Assembly: GCF_009914755.1 (NCBI RefSeq)
Contig: NC_060929.1
Reading direction: 5' to 3' (one strand)
Length of the DNA: 64,000 bases
Source: the human T2T-CHM13v2.0 reference genome, Homo sapiens
In this document: piece after piece, positions 30,664-45,689 of the stretch
How positions within the stretch are numbered: position 1 is the stretch's first letter
Layout: each line of letters opens with the position of its first letter
Program-made: the position numbers and the translations under genes
The notes under the pieces: model-generated
Told to the model about the DNA's origin: nothing
Database searches by the model: none
What the model saw: the letters and a program-made list of their open reading frames with translations, nothing else

Positions 30664-33600
30664 AAAGACAGCAGTTAATTCTGCTGGCAATGTCTCACAT
30701 CTTGTTATCATCAAATAAAATCTATCATCCATCCATCCCTCAATCAATCAATCTATGTATCTCTCTGTCTATCTATGAAAACTTATAGGTAAACATTTAA
30801 AAGGCTGATGAGTTACTGATTTGTTTGCAGATAACTACATTGTTCTGAAGAATGAATCTTAATATTCGTGGAGAGTTTGTTGATTTTCTCATAAATTCCA
30901 CCAGCTACTGTCAATAGCCAATATATGTTGATTCTTATAGAAATAAAAGACACACTTTTGAAGATATTTAGCTTATAACTTGAGAGATCTTAAAAATTGT
31001 AGAGAGCATGGAATGAGAGCTGATATTCTAAGTAGGGTCGTTTGCAAAAGACTGAAGTTGCACGTGGTAAATTTATGAAATTTTTGTAAGTAGCCATGAG
31101 AGCTTGAACTTTGGAATTATTTTATTTAGATGAACTGTGGATTTGCCATACTAGTGTGCAGGAATAAATAATGTAATAAGTAAAACTATTAACAGTTGAC
31201 CAAAGCCTTCAACTGAACCTAGCCAATCCTTCTCTCACTGTTCATAGCACAATAATACTCATAAAGAGGTAAAAATCAGGCATACCAACATTTTTATCAT
31301 TTTTTTCTTGTGAAAAAAATATGATTGAGTAAAGGGTGAAGCTTTAATAAAACTGGAAAATAAACTGCATGATTTAAGTATAGGAAATTTGTACCAGAAA
31401 TACAATTTTGGGGGAAAGTACTGCTTAGGTAAACATTTCTGTATATTAGGTTATTAAAACACCAAGTGTGAAAATCTGGAAGAAGTTAAGGTGGAGAACA
31501 AGTACGAAGGGCCTAAGAGGAAGAATGCTTGTCTCATTTAAAGCAAAGTCATGAGGCTGATTGGCTCCTGAAGAAAAGCTGAAGGGAAGGGTGGAAGGAG
31601 GTAAGATGAGCAAGGTAACGATGAACTAGACCCTGGAAGGCCATGTAGACCATTCAAGGTAGGTACAGAGCTTCATGTCATTCTGCAAACTGTCATCAGT
31701 GTATGATTAAATGAACATGGAAATTGAGAGTAAGCATTTGAAATTTTGTGGGTGTAATTCTGTAAAATAATTCTCTGAAAGAATTTACTTTTAATTGGCC
31801 TGAATTAACATTTGTTATTTTACTTTTAATAATTTATTTGTATATATTTATAAAATATCAGTACATGATGGGTTGGACACTTTAAAAGATACTTAAAAAA
31901 ATGTTTCCTGCTCTCAGATAGTTCAAAAGGCACTGTAATCACTTTGACTTTTATTCAGTGAGATAATCAGAGAAATGACCTAATCCAAAATATTTTAAAA
32001 CTTACTACATTGTCTCCTGGAAAAACAGACTATAGAATGGTAGACAAGGGTATACAAGGGGAAACCAGTTAGAAGACCACAATCACAATCATTTTGAAAT
32101 CCTCTTTAAAAAACAAAACAAAAATATCTCAGTCCAGCAGGAAAATAATATTCCCATGGAACTGAAAAGAAATAGATTCTTGATCGGCACTAACGCTAAG
32201 ACCAGCAGGATTTACCGATGGATTGTGTCATGGTTTACAACTGCCTGGGGCTGGCGCATAGGTGGAATAATTTACCAAGACAATTCTAGGAAAAAAAAAA
32301 AAGGCAGATTTATTAGAGAAAGCACAAAAGTATGTTGCAAGCGTGCAACAATGCACAACACAGCAGGGAAGGGGCTGTCTGCAAAGAGGCAGGTCTGGAG
32401 GGAAGTTTTATTAAGACCCTGTTGCTTGGGCTGAATGCTTGAAACAGGATGCTTGGGTGCCAGTGAGCCATTTGCAGTTGACCCTATTTCTCTGAACATT
32501 TCCTCCCCTTTGCCCCTATTTCTGTTCCTGCCAGCTAAGCCCATTTTCACATTTCTCTTATCTCTTTAGAGCTCCACAGATTGGACCTAGATATTAAAAC
32601 AGAATGAGATTTCTGACTGTCTACAAGATTTTGCCTTGAGTTACTGGAAAAAAATGGAGTTGGATTTGTCATTTACTGAGACAGACAAAGATGCAGGCAG
32701 ACTTATACATGTGGTGATGGGAGAACCTGAAAAGTCTGTTCATATTTCTTCCCTTTCTTCAACGAATTTGGAAACAAGGTATCAAGCAAAAATGAGGACT
32801 GTCAGGACAGGTGTAAGATTTGAAGGATAAATAGAATTTATAAAATAACAGGAAATAAAAATATGGTTTTAAAAGGTCATCTCATGTTAATGGCCATGGA
32901 TTTACACATTTGACTGCACAGGCAAAAGTATCAAGGAAAAGGATATGGTATTTCACCATGTTTGGAGTTGCTCCCCAGACTACAATGGAGAGAGGAACTA
33001 AATTGACAAATATATTAGGAAGTGATGATAATGATAAACCAAGGGAACAAATTTAGTGAGGAGCAAATTGAAGACGTGAGAAAGGGGAGTAACAGTAAGA
33101 AGTGGTAGGACGAGGGGATTGATTGTCCCTTTGGAGACCAATAATTTTTGAAGTCAGAGACCTAGAGAAATAAGAGGAGAAGGTAATTGTAAAAATGAAA
33201 CTCTTGAGTTTGAAGTTGTGGATGATTGTTACTTACCAATAACAGTAAGATGTTGGATACGACCATGCATGGTCTGCATGGCAGAGAAGTTTAGGAAGTA
33301 TTTCGCTAAAGAACATCAAGTCCAGGGCGTTAGAAAGATTGTCTTTGGGGATATTAAAATCATCATGGTTCAGGAAAGGAGTAATAGTGAAAAGAACACT
33401 AGAAAATTAAGGGCCCATATCTTCAGGAAACAAGGAAAGCATAAATGACTCCAAAAGACTGAGTATTGAAAGTAACAATCTGATAGCATTAGCTTCAAAT
33501 ATGGCTTTAATATTATGTTTTGTCAATGCTGTTGTTTAATAAGCGTTATATTTTATTCTGGGCATTGTCAAACTGTAACTGTCCAGGGGAATAAGTTCAA

Positions 33601-34242
33601 TAACATAGCATAAAGTACATAGAGATGGTTTCTTCCATGACTTTCACGTCTCCAGGGAGAACAACTTGGTACAATGAATAAAAGTTACAAGGCAAACATC
33701 AGCTCTAAAAATTCAACATTTTAAATACTGGTTTAGTTTAGAAAAAAATGAGCCACAAGTCACTGAATGTTCAAGCAAAGTCTGCATGGCCATCTGTCAA
33801 GAATTTTGTAGAGAAGATGACTTACTTCATAGGAAGTTTTTTCCCCCACTTTGGCATTTTACTCTAGTAATAGAAATAGCAGGAAAATAACATATACTGA
33901 TCAAATAAACTCTCTCTCCTCCCCACCCTCATTCGCTTTCTCTTTTTTGCCTTCCTTCCTTCCCTGTTTTTCATCAAGTGCCAGACACTGTGCTAGACAT
34001 AGTGAATAAAGAGTTAAAAACGCATCCAGTGATTTTAGGTACTATAATTCTAGTGTAGGGACGGGAACTCAAAAAGTGGATATGCATCTTCAAATAAATG
34101 TGTTCATGAGATCGTAAAAACACAAAAGAGAGCAGAATCAAATATGGCTTTACAGAAGACAAAATGCTAGAACTGGTTGTACAAGATGAGGATTTTGATG
34201 GCTTGAGGAAAGGGGAAGCAGATTTTAAGAACTAAGAAAAGC

Positions 34243-34546
<304 letters not shown>

Positions 34547-35975
34547 CTAAGAAAAGCATGTGCGTAGACCTGGACAGACGAAAGAGCAGACACTAGGAAA
34601 CGGCCACGTTACTTCTGTTGGGGATATTCGGGGTGGAGAAGAGCCACTGTGGGTGAGAGGAAGGGATGAAGCAAGGTGGGGCCTATAAGCAGGATCTTGG
34701 TCATGAAGGTCCTTGCAATACTACTCTGCAGCCAGAGAGCTTGTTTTGTCTCTTTGTTTGGTTCTTGCTTACGTCTCCTAAAATGCAAATGTGGTCTGTC
34801 ATATTTTTAAGAGTAACAGTAGGGTCCGCCAAGCTCTTATGTCAGTATTCTTCCTAAATTCCATCTGTACTTATTCTCTCTCAACTTTTGTCCCCTCCAC
34901 CGCTATCAGGTTTTTGTAAATCTATGTATTCTCTTTTGCCCCAGAGCCTTGTTTACTCTGTTCCCTCTATTTGGAACAATCGTCCAGTTCATGCCTCCAT
35001 GCCTCCCTGCCTCCATTCTCCTCACATTTAGCAGGGAAATCCACATGCAGCTTTGACATTACATTTTGCAACTTTGAATTACATTTGATCACAGAGCCTT
35101 TGGCTGACCCCAAAGCATTGCTGGGTTCTCTGTTTCTAAGTTCCTTCCATGTGCCATTGCTTATTAAAGTTAAGTCGTTCATTATTGACTAAGGTTCATG
35201 AGACTGGGAGTTCCACATCCTCTTGGCTTCTGAGACATAGTAACGAGTGGATGTATGAATGAATGAGTGGCTGAATGAAAATGTGCATGAACGCTGTGGA
35301 GTATAGACTCTTTTCTGCAGGTGACTGAAGTTCAATGGATCAAACAGGGAAGTAACTAACTCCAATGTGTTTTAGAAAATTCCCTTTGTTGAAAGGGCGG
35401 GGGGAGGGAATCTGGAAAGAGACAGGATTAGAGGACAAGTGTTATATCATAATATGAATTAGGAGGATACTTTTAACAGTTTTAAAAAGAAGACATTATG
35501 GACCAATAGCAGAGGTCGTGTAGTGGAAAAAAATAGATTACAGAGATATTTAGAGGGTGAGCAATAATTAAATGGATGCATAAGGTGGGAAAAACGTGGA
35601 GGTGGCAGTGGTGGTGAAGATAACATGATTCTGGCTGATCAAGGAGGTACTGTTGTCTTTCATTAGAACAAGTATTGAAATCAGGATAGCAGGTCTTGGG
35701 ATGAGGCAATTGGTCCAGTTTTAAACAGGACTAAACTATTCATGTAGAGAGAAAATTGGCTTTATGATATATCTATTATTCTATTCTTAGGTTTGAGCAG
35801 GAAATCTAAATTATAGAATCAGTGTATATCAGTTAATTTTTAAGTAATGAGAATGAATAAGCAGCAGGTAAAATGTACAGTGATAAGATAATAGGGTAGA
35901 ACAGTATCCTGGGGAGCTTCAACCTGAAAAGATGGCCAAAAGTGTATATGTGTGGTGTGTGTACATGTGTATGAA

Positions 35976-36009
<34 letters not shown>
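35976..36009. repeat. Compound (TG)n(AG)n microsatellite
   Basis: Read directly from the sequence. Confidence 0.88.
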
Positions 36010-39000
36010 CCAAGTTATAGGACAATGGGGACAGATTTTTTACATGGAAGCAAAGGGCAAATACATTTTTTTAGAGCAAGTAATCAAAAATATCAAATGT
36101 GGCGGGGGGTCAAATAAAATAGATATGGGAAAGTGTTCATTAGATTTCATCACACACAGGTTATTGCTACTTATTGTCAGAGAGGTTTCAGTCAAGTGGT
36201 AGGGTCAGCAACCAGACCATAAGTGCTGAGGAGTGACTAGGAGGAAAAAAGTTAATAAAAGGGTAGACGTCGCCATGGAGAAAAGTAACTGTGTTAGGAA
36301 AGAGAAGGAAAGTACTCAAGCATTCAAGCTAGTGGAAGGGTATTTGTTAAAATGGTATTAGCCTCAACTGCAGTGATATTTCAGAGTAGGAATACTTGTT
36401 TTGCATAATGAAACAATAGCTCTTAGATAATTCTATTACCTACACAAAGCAACGTGAGCACTCTAAAAATATCAGTGCTTATCCTGCTAATATTTATAGC
36501 ATCCCGTTTTTTGTTTTAGTGTGAGTGTATCAGAGTTTGTACCCTAATATTATAATCTGAAAGTTAAGGTAATAAAAATGCTTGAGTAGGTACTTAAAAG
36601 TATTTTGTGACTCTGAATGGCTATTTAAATCTAAAATATCGCTGTTACTCTTTCAGCAACAACTGGTTTGGGGTACTGAATAGATATCCATGTCTATGGC
36701 AGCCTACTTTTAAAGTTCTACATACCATAAGGAGACAAGATTTCTGTCGTGCTATCTCAGTAGACAATTTATCATTGACAGTCACTTCTCTTAAGACTGC
36801 AGTCTAATTTTTAAACACTCCTTTCCTCAACCTTCAACTAGTTACAATGTCACTCTATGTATTAAGTCATAAATATTTCATGTTGGAAATTTGTCAAGGA
36901 AGGGGAAAAAAGCAACATGCACATAGTTATTCCCTGGGTATATTCTCTAATAGCTAAAGTGTCTTACAATAAGGAAATTAAGTAAATTATGGTGCATTAA
37001 CTGGATAGCATATTATGCTGCCTATAAAACAATGATGAAAATATTTTGTGACATATAAATATGGTGATTTAAAGTTCTATTAAAAAGTGGACTCTGCAAT
37101 GATTTGGTTTTATTACTGTTTCAACCATAAAATAAATATATCCCTATTGGCAATATTTGCAGGAGAATATGTAAACATAAAAATCGTGAAAAGTATGTTT
37201 TTTTATATATAGAACACTTTAATTTTCTCAGAGCTCACTTTAACCTTTTTCAATAAGAAGAAGCTATGTTCTAGGCACTGTTGCTATTGTCTCAATTTAT
37301 CCAGCTGCATATAAGACAGATAGTAAAACAAATTGTCAGAAATTAAATCTATGACACCTATAATAAAAGGGTTGCTTGGATTTTGTAAATGACATTACAT
37401 TTACAAAGGTAACATTTTAATGTTATTTTCTTTATCGTACATTCACCAGTGAGTCAAATACATTAAATTTCTTCACGTAAATTGGCCATACAATCCTCTA
37501 TCTCCAGGATTTCGTAAGTGACTTTAGAAATTCTTATCTAACCACAAAAAATCCAGAGTCTTTTTGGTTTTCTTGAAAATGACGTTATACTCTTTGGTGA
37601 AAGCAATACTTGGGCACGAAGTTCCAACTTCACAGATGGCTATTAGACTTGAGTTGCCCTGAGACAGCATCCTTTTGTTGATCTGTGTTATTCTATGTTG
37701 CTTGAAACTAGAAAGTTTTTAACACCTCAACAAAAGTTTAAACACACACAATTAAAAACAAAGCATAATTGCTTCCTTTGATCTATATAGAACTCAATGT
37801 CCTGGAATTTTGTTGTTGTTGCTTGCTTTCAGAAATTTATTGTTTAGTTAATGAGCATCTGATTCAGCATCAGGCTAAGCCCTATAGTAAAGTCAAGGAG
37901 GTCTAGAAACTGTTTTTGGTGTCTTTCCTTGAAAGAACTGTATACCATGGTGACACTAGTATGGTTCTTTTACTCTAATATCTTTCTTCATAGCTATGCT
38001 TGGTCTAATTTCATGGTATTGAGAAAAACAGATTTTGGGGGCCTGATGAATGTTTTCCAATTTAGTAAAAGACATCTACCCTACCCCCAGTCACAGAGAC
38101 TAGGCTAATCTTTGGATGGATGAGTTAACATTTTGGACTAAAAATTCTGAAATAAAGGTCAGTATTAGTGAGATGGGCTAATCTTCTTGAAGAGAAGCCC
38201 AGTAGTTATTTACATCACATTTTTTTTTTTTTCTTGGCTGACCATCTATTTCTCACTAAGCTTCTCTGATACAAGTTACTTAGGAATAATATGATCTCAG
38301 TTTTCTGATTCTCCTCTAGAATATAAATTTATGTGAAGTCACAGAATTGTACTATTTTTGAAGTTAGAAGACAGTAAGATGTCACTTACCTCAATCTTCT
38401 CATTTTACAAATGAAGAAGTCATAGTTGTAGAGATAAAATATCTTCTCTAGGAAACTATAGATTCATAAATATGAAAAATGATATTTTTGGCTCTCAGAT
38501 CAATTATTTCTCTTGATCATTCTTTCTTAAATGTTATTCCATTTTGACAATATCCCCTACCATCATTTTGCAATATGAATATTTTTATATGGCAGGCACT
38601 TGCGGCTATATTTAAAAGAAAGCACAAATTCATATGTTTCACATATACGTGCATTATGTTGTAGCTTCTACAGCTTTCTATAGTATATATTTAAAATTCT
38701 TTCCTATCCCATAATTAGCTCATATGGTCATATAAGATTGATGGTTTGATTTTGTAAGTAGGTATAAATTTTTAAACATATAGAATGGTTCTAAAAAAAT
38801 GTTGTACTTTTTTTCCTTCAGAACTGTTCTTTATAGTGATATGTGATCAGGAAGGCAAAACTCTCAATTTTCTAAACAGTGTACATGCACAAGAGGTCAC
38901 AGTTAAGGTTACCTTGGGAGTTCTAATTCTGAATTTCCTGACTTTTGTGGGTTTAAATCACAACTTTAATGTTCCACTAATGCAGGGTGTTTTTTTTTAC

Positions 39001-39465
39001 ACTGATTTGTTTTATGTTTTTTATTCTGTACTAATGGACATTGTTGATTTCTATGAATATCAAAAAGAGCTCAGTATTCTGGTAAACTCTTTTGAGTTCA
39101 CGTTTTATTTTTTAAGTCCTTTTATTTGAGTTTGACTAAAACAGTTTAAAAGCATTTCTATCATAAACAGTTTCTTTTTATTTTACAGACAAAGACTGTA
39201 CAATATTGTTCTTTGTATTTATCATTAAGAACTGCCTTCTAAAAACTGAAAATTTCATGATTTGTTGTATTGTTCTAGTAGCTTTAGAATATCACTTAAT
39301 CATTAGGCCAGTATCTTTTTCATTTAAATTTAAAAGCGTTATATTGTTCATCAGAAAACAAATAAACAGGAAGCTAAAACAAAACAAAACAAAACCCCGC
39401 AGTTAGGCATGATTCTCTATCACGTGTATACCCATAGTGCAGCTTTTCAATTTGGGGATGATGGT

Positions 39466-39582
39466 GAGGCTGAAGCAGGAGGATCGCTTGAGCCTCAGCT
39501 AGTGAGCCAAGAGTTCAGTGAGCTGAGATCGTGCGATTGCACTCTATCCTAGGTGACAGAGTGAGACCCTATCTCAAAAAAA
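39466..39582 (+). mobile_element. Old Alu right-arm/FRAM-like fragment
   Basis: gaggctgaagcaggaggatcgcttgagcc...gacagagtgagaccctatctcaaaaaaa. Confidence 0.75.
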
Positions 39583-40522
39583 TATGAATTTATTGATAAA
39601 AGAATCATGTTTTCATATTTTTATGCAGTCAGAATTCTCAGCTTATTGCCCAATTAATATTTATTGAGCTAAATAGAATTCTCAGCTTCTTAAACTGTGT
39701 TTCTCTCCATTTTCTATACCAAAGTATGCCTCTTTTTAAGTTGGGAGTCGCCACAACGCCTATTTCAAATTAATTTAGTGATAGTTCTAGAACTGAGTAC
39801 TATCCCAGAGCAATAAAGAGAAGAAAGAAGTGACTTGGTAATTATTTATATACCTATAATATGAGCTTAGTGAAAGCTTAGTGGAAGCAAGGACTGTGTT
39901 TTGGTTACCACTCTGAGCCAGTAAGTGTAATATAATGCTATTTGAAATTGGTTCTCTAGATTTTAAATGGTGCGTTTACTATTTTAGTATTATGTTGACC
40001 TCTTTATAATATGACAAATATAAGACATTTTCATACACATTTTACATATTTTTTTCTTAAAATGTAAATAGTCTCCTGAAATGTTAAGTATATGAGTTTT
40101 TGAGGAATTAGAATTAATAGCAACAGATAGAATATTTGAAATAACTGATGATGTTTTATGCAAAACAGACAAAGGAGAAAATCCAAATGGTTAAGTTACT
40201 AATAATGCTCAAATAGTTCCAATGGACCAAATATGAATGATTCTTAATATGCCACGGTATTTAATTCCCACATCAATACTGAAGGCTATTCTTATTGTCA
40301 GATGTGAAAATTACTATTCAGAAAAGTAAAGTGTCTCCGCAGAGGTAAAAGGGAGAATCCGGATGTGGTAGGACATAAAGCTGAAACTAAAACTCACACC
40401 CAAAAAATACTTTGGAAACTTTTTTGGGGGGATCCATTATCTATTAAATTTGAATATTGGTATACTCTTCAATCCACAATTCTATTCCTAGGTTATATAC
40501 AACAGAAACATATACTAATATT

Positions 40523-40977
40523 TGCAGGGAACCGAAGGCCCATGGGACGTGACCAACTCAGCATTCCACTGGAGGCTGTATGATCAAACAGCAATCTGTT
40601 TATCATGAATGCAGGATTTGAGCAAACTCATGACTGCTCCTGCCAACAGAAGGTTTGCTGGAGGCAATCACTGCCTGGCGCCGAGGATATCTACTGCGAC
40701 ATCTAGAGAATACAGTCTTGCAAGCCTACTCTGGACTGAGCAGCTGACCCCTTCTTTCACCACCCCCACCTTCTCACTGTCTCTTTTGCCTAATAAATAC
40801 GGAGGGCTGTGTAAAGCTCAGAGCCCTTGTCCACTAGAGGAAGGTGCCCCCGACCTCTTCTTCCAAATATACTCTTTTGTCTCTTGTCTTTATTCACGTG
40901 TTCACCCCGCTTTGTTCAGTCCAACAGGTTCGCGGCATAGTGGCACCCCAAACAGCGACAGGATCGGGTGTTCTACA
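40523..40977 (+). mobile_element. ERVK-class solo LTR (LTR3/HML-6-like) inserted in an old L1ME fragment
   Basis: TG...CA ends; exact 6-bp TSD AATATT at 40517-40522 and 40978-40983; AATAAA at 40792; motif gtgaccaactcagcattccactggaggct. Confidence 0.88.
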
Positions 40978-42692
40978 AATATTCACCAAAATTCATGCAT
41001 AAAAATCTTCACTGACTTAATTATAATATTAAAAACAACAGAAACATGACGCTGCACTAAAGAAGGCAGACAAATGATTTTATGCCATAGGATTCCATTT
41101 CTATACATTTTAAACAGATAAAACTAAGTTGTGCTTTTGAGGTAGCATAGTGATTATTTTGGAAGAGGTATTGATGGGAAGGAATGTTTCTGGGAGGTAG
41201 ATGATTTTTTATTCCTTGATTTGAATTTTGGGTACACAAATGTGTTCAGTGTATAAAATCCATTGAACTTTATATTTATGGTTTGTGTACTTTCCTTTGT
41301 TATGTAAATCTTCACTATAATTTCAATTAATCAAAATATCGCTAACATGAAAGTAAAATGTATTTTGGAGTCATGTAGATTTAGGTCCAAATGCATCTCT
41401 GGTATTTAAGCAACTTTTGAATTTCAGGTGGGAAAGTAGAACTGGAACATCCACGTTATAATTTTTTTTTAAGATTAAAACCAGTGAATAGACCCTTTAT
41501 AGCAAAAAAATAGATATTTAGATAAAGCTATTATGTTTTTGTTTGTTCATTTTTATTTAAAAGTTCAAATGCATAGCAAACACAACTGGAAATCAAATCT
41601 ATGTTCGATTCTAAAGCCATGGTTTTTCTTTAAATCTTGCTGCATCTCTCCTGATGTGATTCTTCTCTTAAGGAACAATTACGTCTTACAGCAATGAGGA
41701 AAAATTATTACAGAATGTTATATTATGAAGCATGATTAGAAAAAATTCAACTCTTAATAATCACTTATAGCCTAAATCTTTCTTAAAAAATTCAGAATGA
41801 AGGAGAAAATATTTCAAGTTTTGATTTGCCTGAACTCTTAATGGCCTCAAAACAACTAGTCATGCTGGTACCAGATGTTCTTAAGAGCAATTTTGACTTA
41901 CCAGATGATATTTATTTCATGAAACTTCAGGATCTGATGACTTGCAACTTAACTAAGGAGAAGAAAAAATCAAGAGGGACAGAGAGAGAAACAGATAATG
42001 TTCTTCATAGATCTCTTTCTAACTGTGTCATCCTGTCATTGAACTCCCAGGTAATGCTGGATTAACAGCTTGTATATTTCTCTGCCTTCAGACAGAACAA
42101 AAAGATATCCATTTTTTTAGGGTACTCTTTCTTATATGTGGAAAATGCCATAATTTCTTGTTTGACTCACCATGTCTCTTGCAGGTGGCTTTTGAATCAC
42201 CCCAACTTCTTTACCAGCTGATTCATTGAAATCAAATAAAAATGTGGGGTTCATTTAAGTGAGGATACAGATTATTTGCCTCTCCTCATTCTACAAAAGT
42301 ATAACTAAACTCCCTTGGCATTTCTTGGATGAGTTTAGACACAGAAATTTGACTTTATGGCAATGTTAGAAGTCAGGGCAGGAGACAAGCTTGGAGCCAG
42401 ACATGAGATCTGCCTACTAGTTCTGAAGGAATAAATGCAGATGTTGACATTGATTAGGCAAAATAGTACACTGAGGATGAGAATTTTTCATACATGATTC
42501 ATTACAATGCCTAGCACCAGGAAGGCTAAAATGAGGTATCAGAATTACAATCAGGGGCAAAATTTCTGTGTTGGGCAATAAATGACTATTCTGTTATGAA
42601 AGTGAGCATTTGACATTTAAGATGTGTATCCATAAGAAACAGAGACCCAGTCTCTTACTTTGTGATTCCACTCAATGCAGAATTTCTCTTAA

Positions 42693-43159
<467 letters not shown>

Positions 43160-45224
43160 AGGCTCTTCGTAGAATAGTGCTTGGAGTAAGAATATTCTAA
43201 GCAACAACAAATGAGGCTGGGCCTTTGCAACAGCAAGTTAGCATGCTTGAAAACTGTTTCGTTGTTGTTGTTTTCTGGAAACATAGGCAGGGCTGCTTCT
43301 CAGGAAAGCTCAGATATTTGGAGTCTAGGGCAATAGGCATATGAGGTTCAGTTCACATGTGTCTAAAATATTTCTTAAAATGTAACTGTATTCATTTTCG
43401 GAATTTTTTTTTCCAGGAAAGGCAAACCTTTCCACTAAAAAGAAATTAGTGGGTGCTGGTGCTGTGCATGGAAATTGGCAATGATTGCAAATGAGTCTGA
43501 AGGATATTTTTTATAATGAGTGGAAATGTTCTACAGCTGGACTATGGTGATTGTTGGACAACTGTGCAAATTTACCAAAATTTATTGACTTGTATGATTA
43601 AATAGAATTTTCTGGTAAGTGGATGATACCTTCATAAAACTGTTTAAAAGGCTTTGGTATTTAGACTTCTCTGATTAGCTGGCTTTCCACCCACTGCTTC
43701 TTCTTTATATCTTTTACATTAATTGTTCTTTCATTTTGTGTGATTCCTTGTAGTTAATAAAATCCCTTATGAAAAAAAAAATCCCAAATGAGCTCACATT
43801 CCTTACATCAGTAAAAATGCCATTTTTTTCTTTTTCTAGGAAAGCAGAATACAGAAACAGATTAAATCACTGTCACTTGTCTTAAGATACAAAATGTCTC
43901 TGGGGTCTTATCAAAATATAAGCCTCTGTTCTGTAATTAGAGTAGGACTACGTCATGCCTGCAAATCTCTTTTATAATCCTCCTTTACGTTAAAATCATA
44001 CTAGCCTTTTAAAATGTATACTTTCATAAAATAATAGAAAGACACCACCTTTTGTGCCTTGTGGGTATGAGAGAATTGGGATGGAATGCTACCATAGACT
44101 AACCTCCAAGGAAGTTAGAAAAGATGACAGAATGGCACTCCCTCTTCCCAGCCCTCACCCTGCAGGACTTACTTGGAAATAGTTCCATAATATGTCCTTC
44201 CAAAACTCAACTGTAGCCCAGAGACAAATTCCTTTGTCCTGGGCCCTTTTCTTCCAACTAAACAAGGCAAACTTTTTGGATTAAGACTGATGATTGGATA
44301 AGTCTATCTTCAGGCATAGGGCTTGAAGCAGGGAGGGGGGCACCTGTCCATTTCCTGGCCTTGAACTTGATAATACATGAAACCAATGGGAAAATAGAGA
44401 CAAATTTTTATCTCTAAGAGTTCTGCAGTTTTCACTTTATCAAGAACAAGAAGACTTAAATTATGGCCTGAATGATGTGTGAGAGGAAGTCCAAACTTTG
44501 GTATATTCTAAAATTCAAGAATTATTTGAAATGCTCAAGAAATGTTTTTCAGGAAGAGCTGTATAAATGCAACATTGACCGGACAATTGCATGTTCATGA
44601 AGACTTCCATATAACCTTTACATAGGAGAACAATCTGAGCAGATATAAAATACTTAAAATATAATTTTTGTTTTATATATCCAGTAGAGTACAAAAGAAT
44701 ATGTTTGAGATTCCAGGTTTTATATATTTTCAGGTTTGCTACAGGGCTTTAAAAATTAAAATATTGTGAGAATAGTTTGTAGTTATTTCTAAGCTATAAT
44801 CCTCTTTATTTATCTATAATGCATTCCCATTTTTCAATGTACACCTACTGGTCTTTATCACAGGGAAGTGTTATTTCACTAAAGCTTTCTTATTTGCTTC
44901 TGCTTTTCCCTTATTTCCTACTTTTTTCTTTGTTAATATTAGTTTTGGAAGGCTGCGTCTCTATTTTCTGTCCTCTATTGTGTTGTCTTTTTGATTTAAC
45001 CTTAGAAATCTCTTTGACCTTTTCATCTGTATTCTGGGAAGGCTTTTTCTCACTCCATCTTTTCCCATGTCTGAAACCACTTTTTACGATATAAATCCTG
45101 CATTTACTTTCTCTAATGTGAGGGTTTGTGTTTTGTATTTTTTAGGTTTCTTGTAAACATGTCTTAAATCCCCAGTTTTCCATAATCTCAAGTTATTCTA
45201 CATATATTGTAGTTTGTTGGCTGC

Positions 45225-45422
45225 TGATATAGTTTGGATATTTGTCCCCACCCAAATCTCATGTTGAATTTTAATCCCCAACCCTGAAGGTGGAGACTGG
45301 TGGGAGGTGTTTGGATCATGGAGGTGAGTCCCTCATCGCTTGGTGCTGTCTTCATGACTGTGAGTTCTCACGAAGTCTGGTCATTTAAAAGCGTGAGGTA
45401 CACCTTTCCACCTCCCCACCTA

Positions 45423-45453
<31 letters not shown>

Positions 45454-45657
45454 GTGTTTTCACGTTGCGATATGCCTGCTTCCCCTTCATCTTCCAGCAT
45501 GATTCCTAGACTTCCTGAGATCTCCCTAAAACCAAGCAGATGCTAGCATCATGCTTCCTATAAAGCCTGCAGAACTGTGAGTCAATTAAGCCTCTTTTCT
45601 TTATAAATTATCCAGTCTCAGGTATTTCTTTAAAGCAATGCAAAATGGCCTAACATA
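45225..45657 (+). mobile_element. MSTB-like MaLR solo LTR with internal (CT)n
   Basis: tgatatagtttggatatttgtccccacccaaatctcatgttgaa...aaatggcctaacata; flanks gctgc/gctcc. Confidence 0.88.
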
Positions 45658-45689
45658 GCTCCTTATCTTCTTTTGCCAGATTTTCTTTT

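Noticed and set aside
32210-32580. Possible old ERV LTR within L2-like sequence
   Set aside because: LTR-like composition, but I could not fix termini, TSD or family by eye.
40609-41049. 146-aa ORF as a novel protein
   Set aside because: It runs across an LTR and its TSD into L1 sequence with no recognisable domain; a chance ORF.
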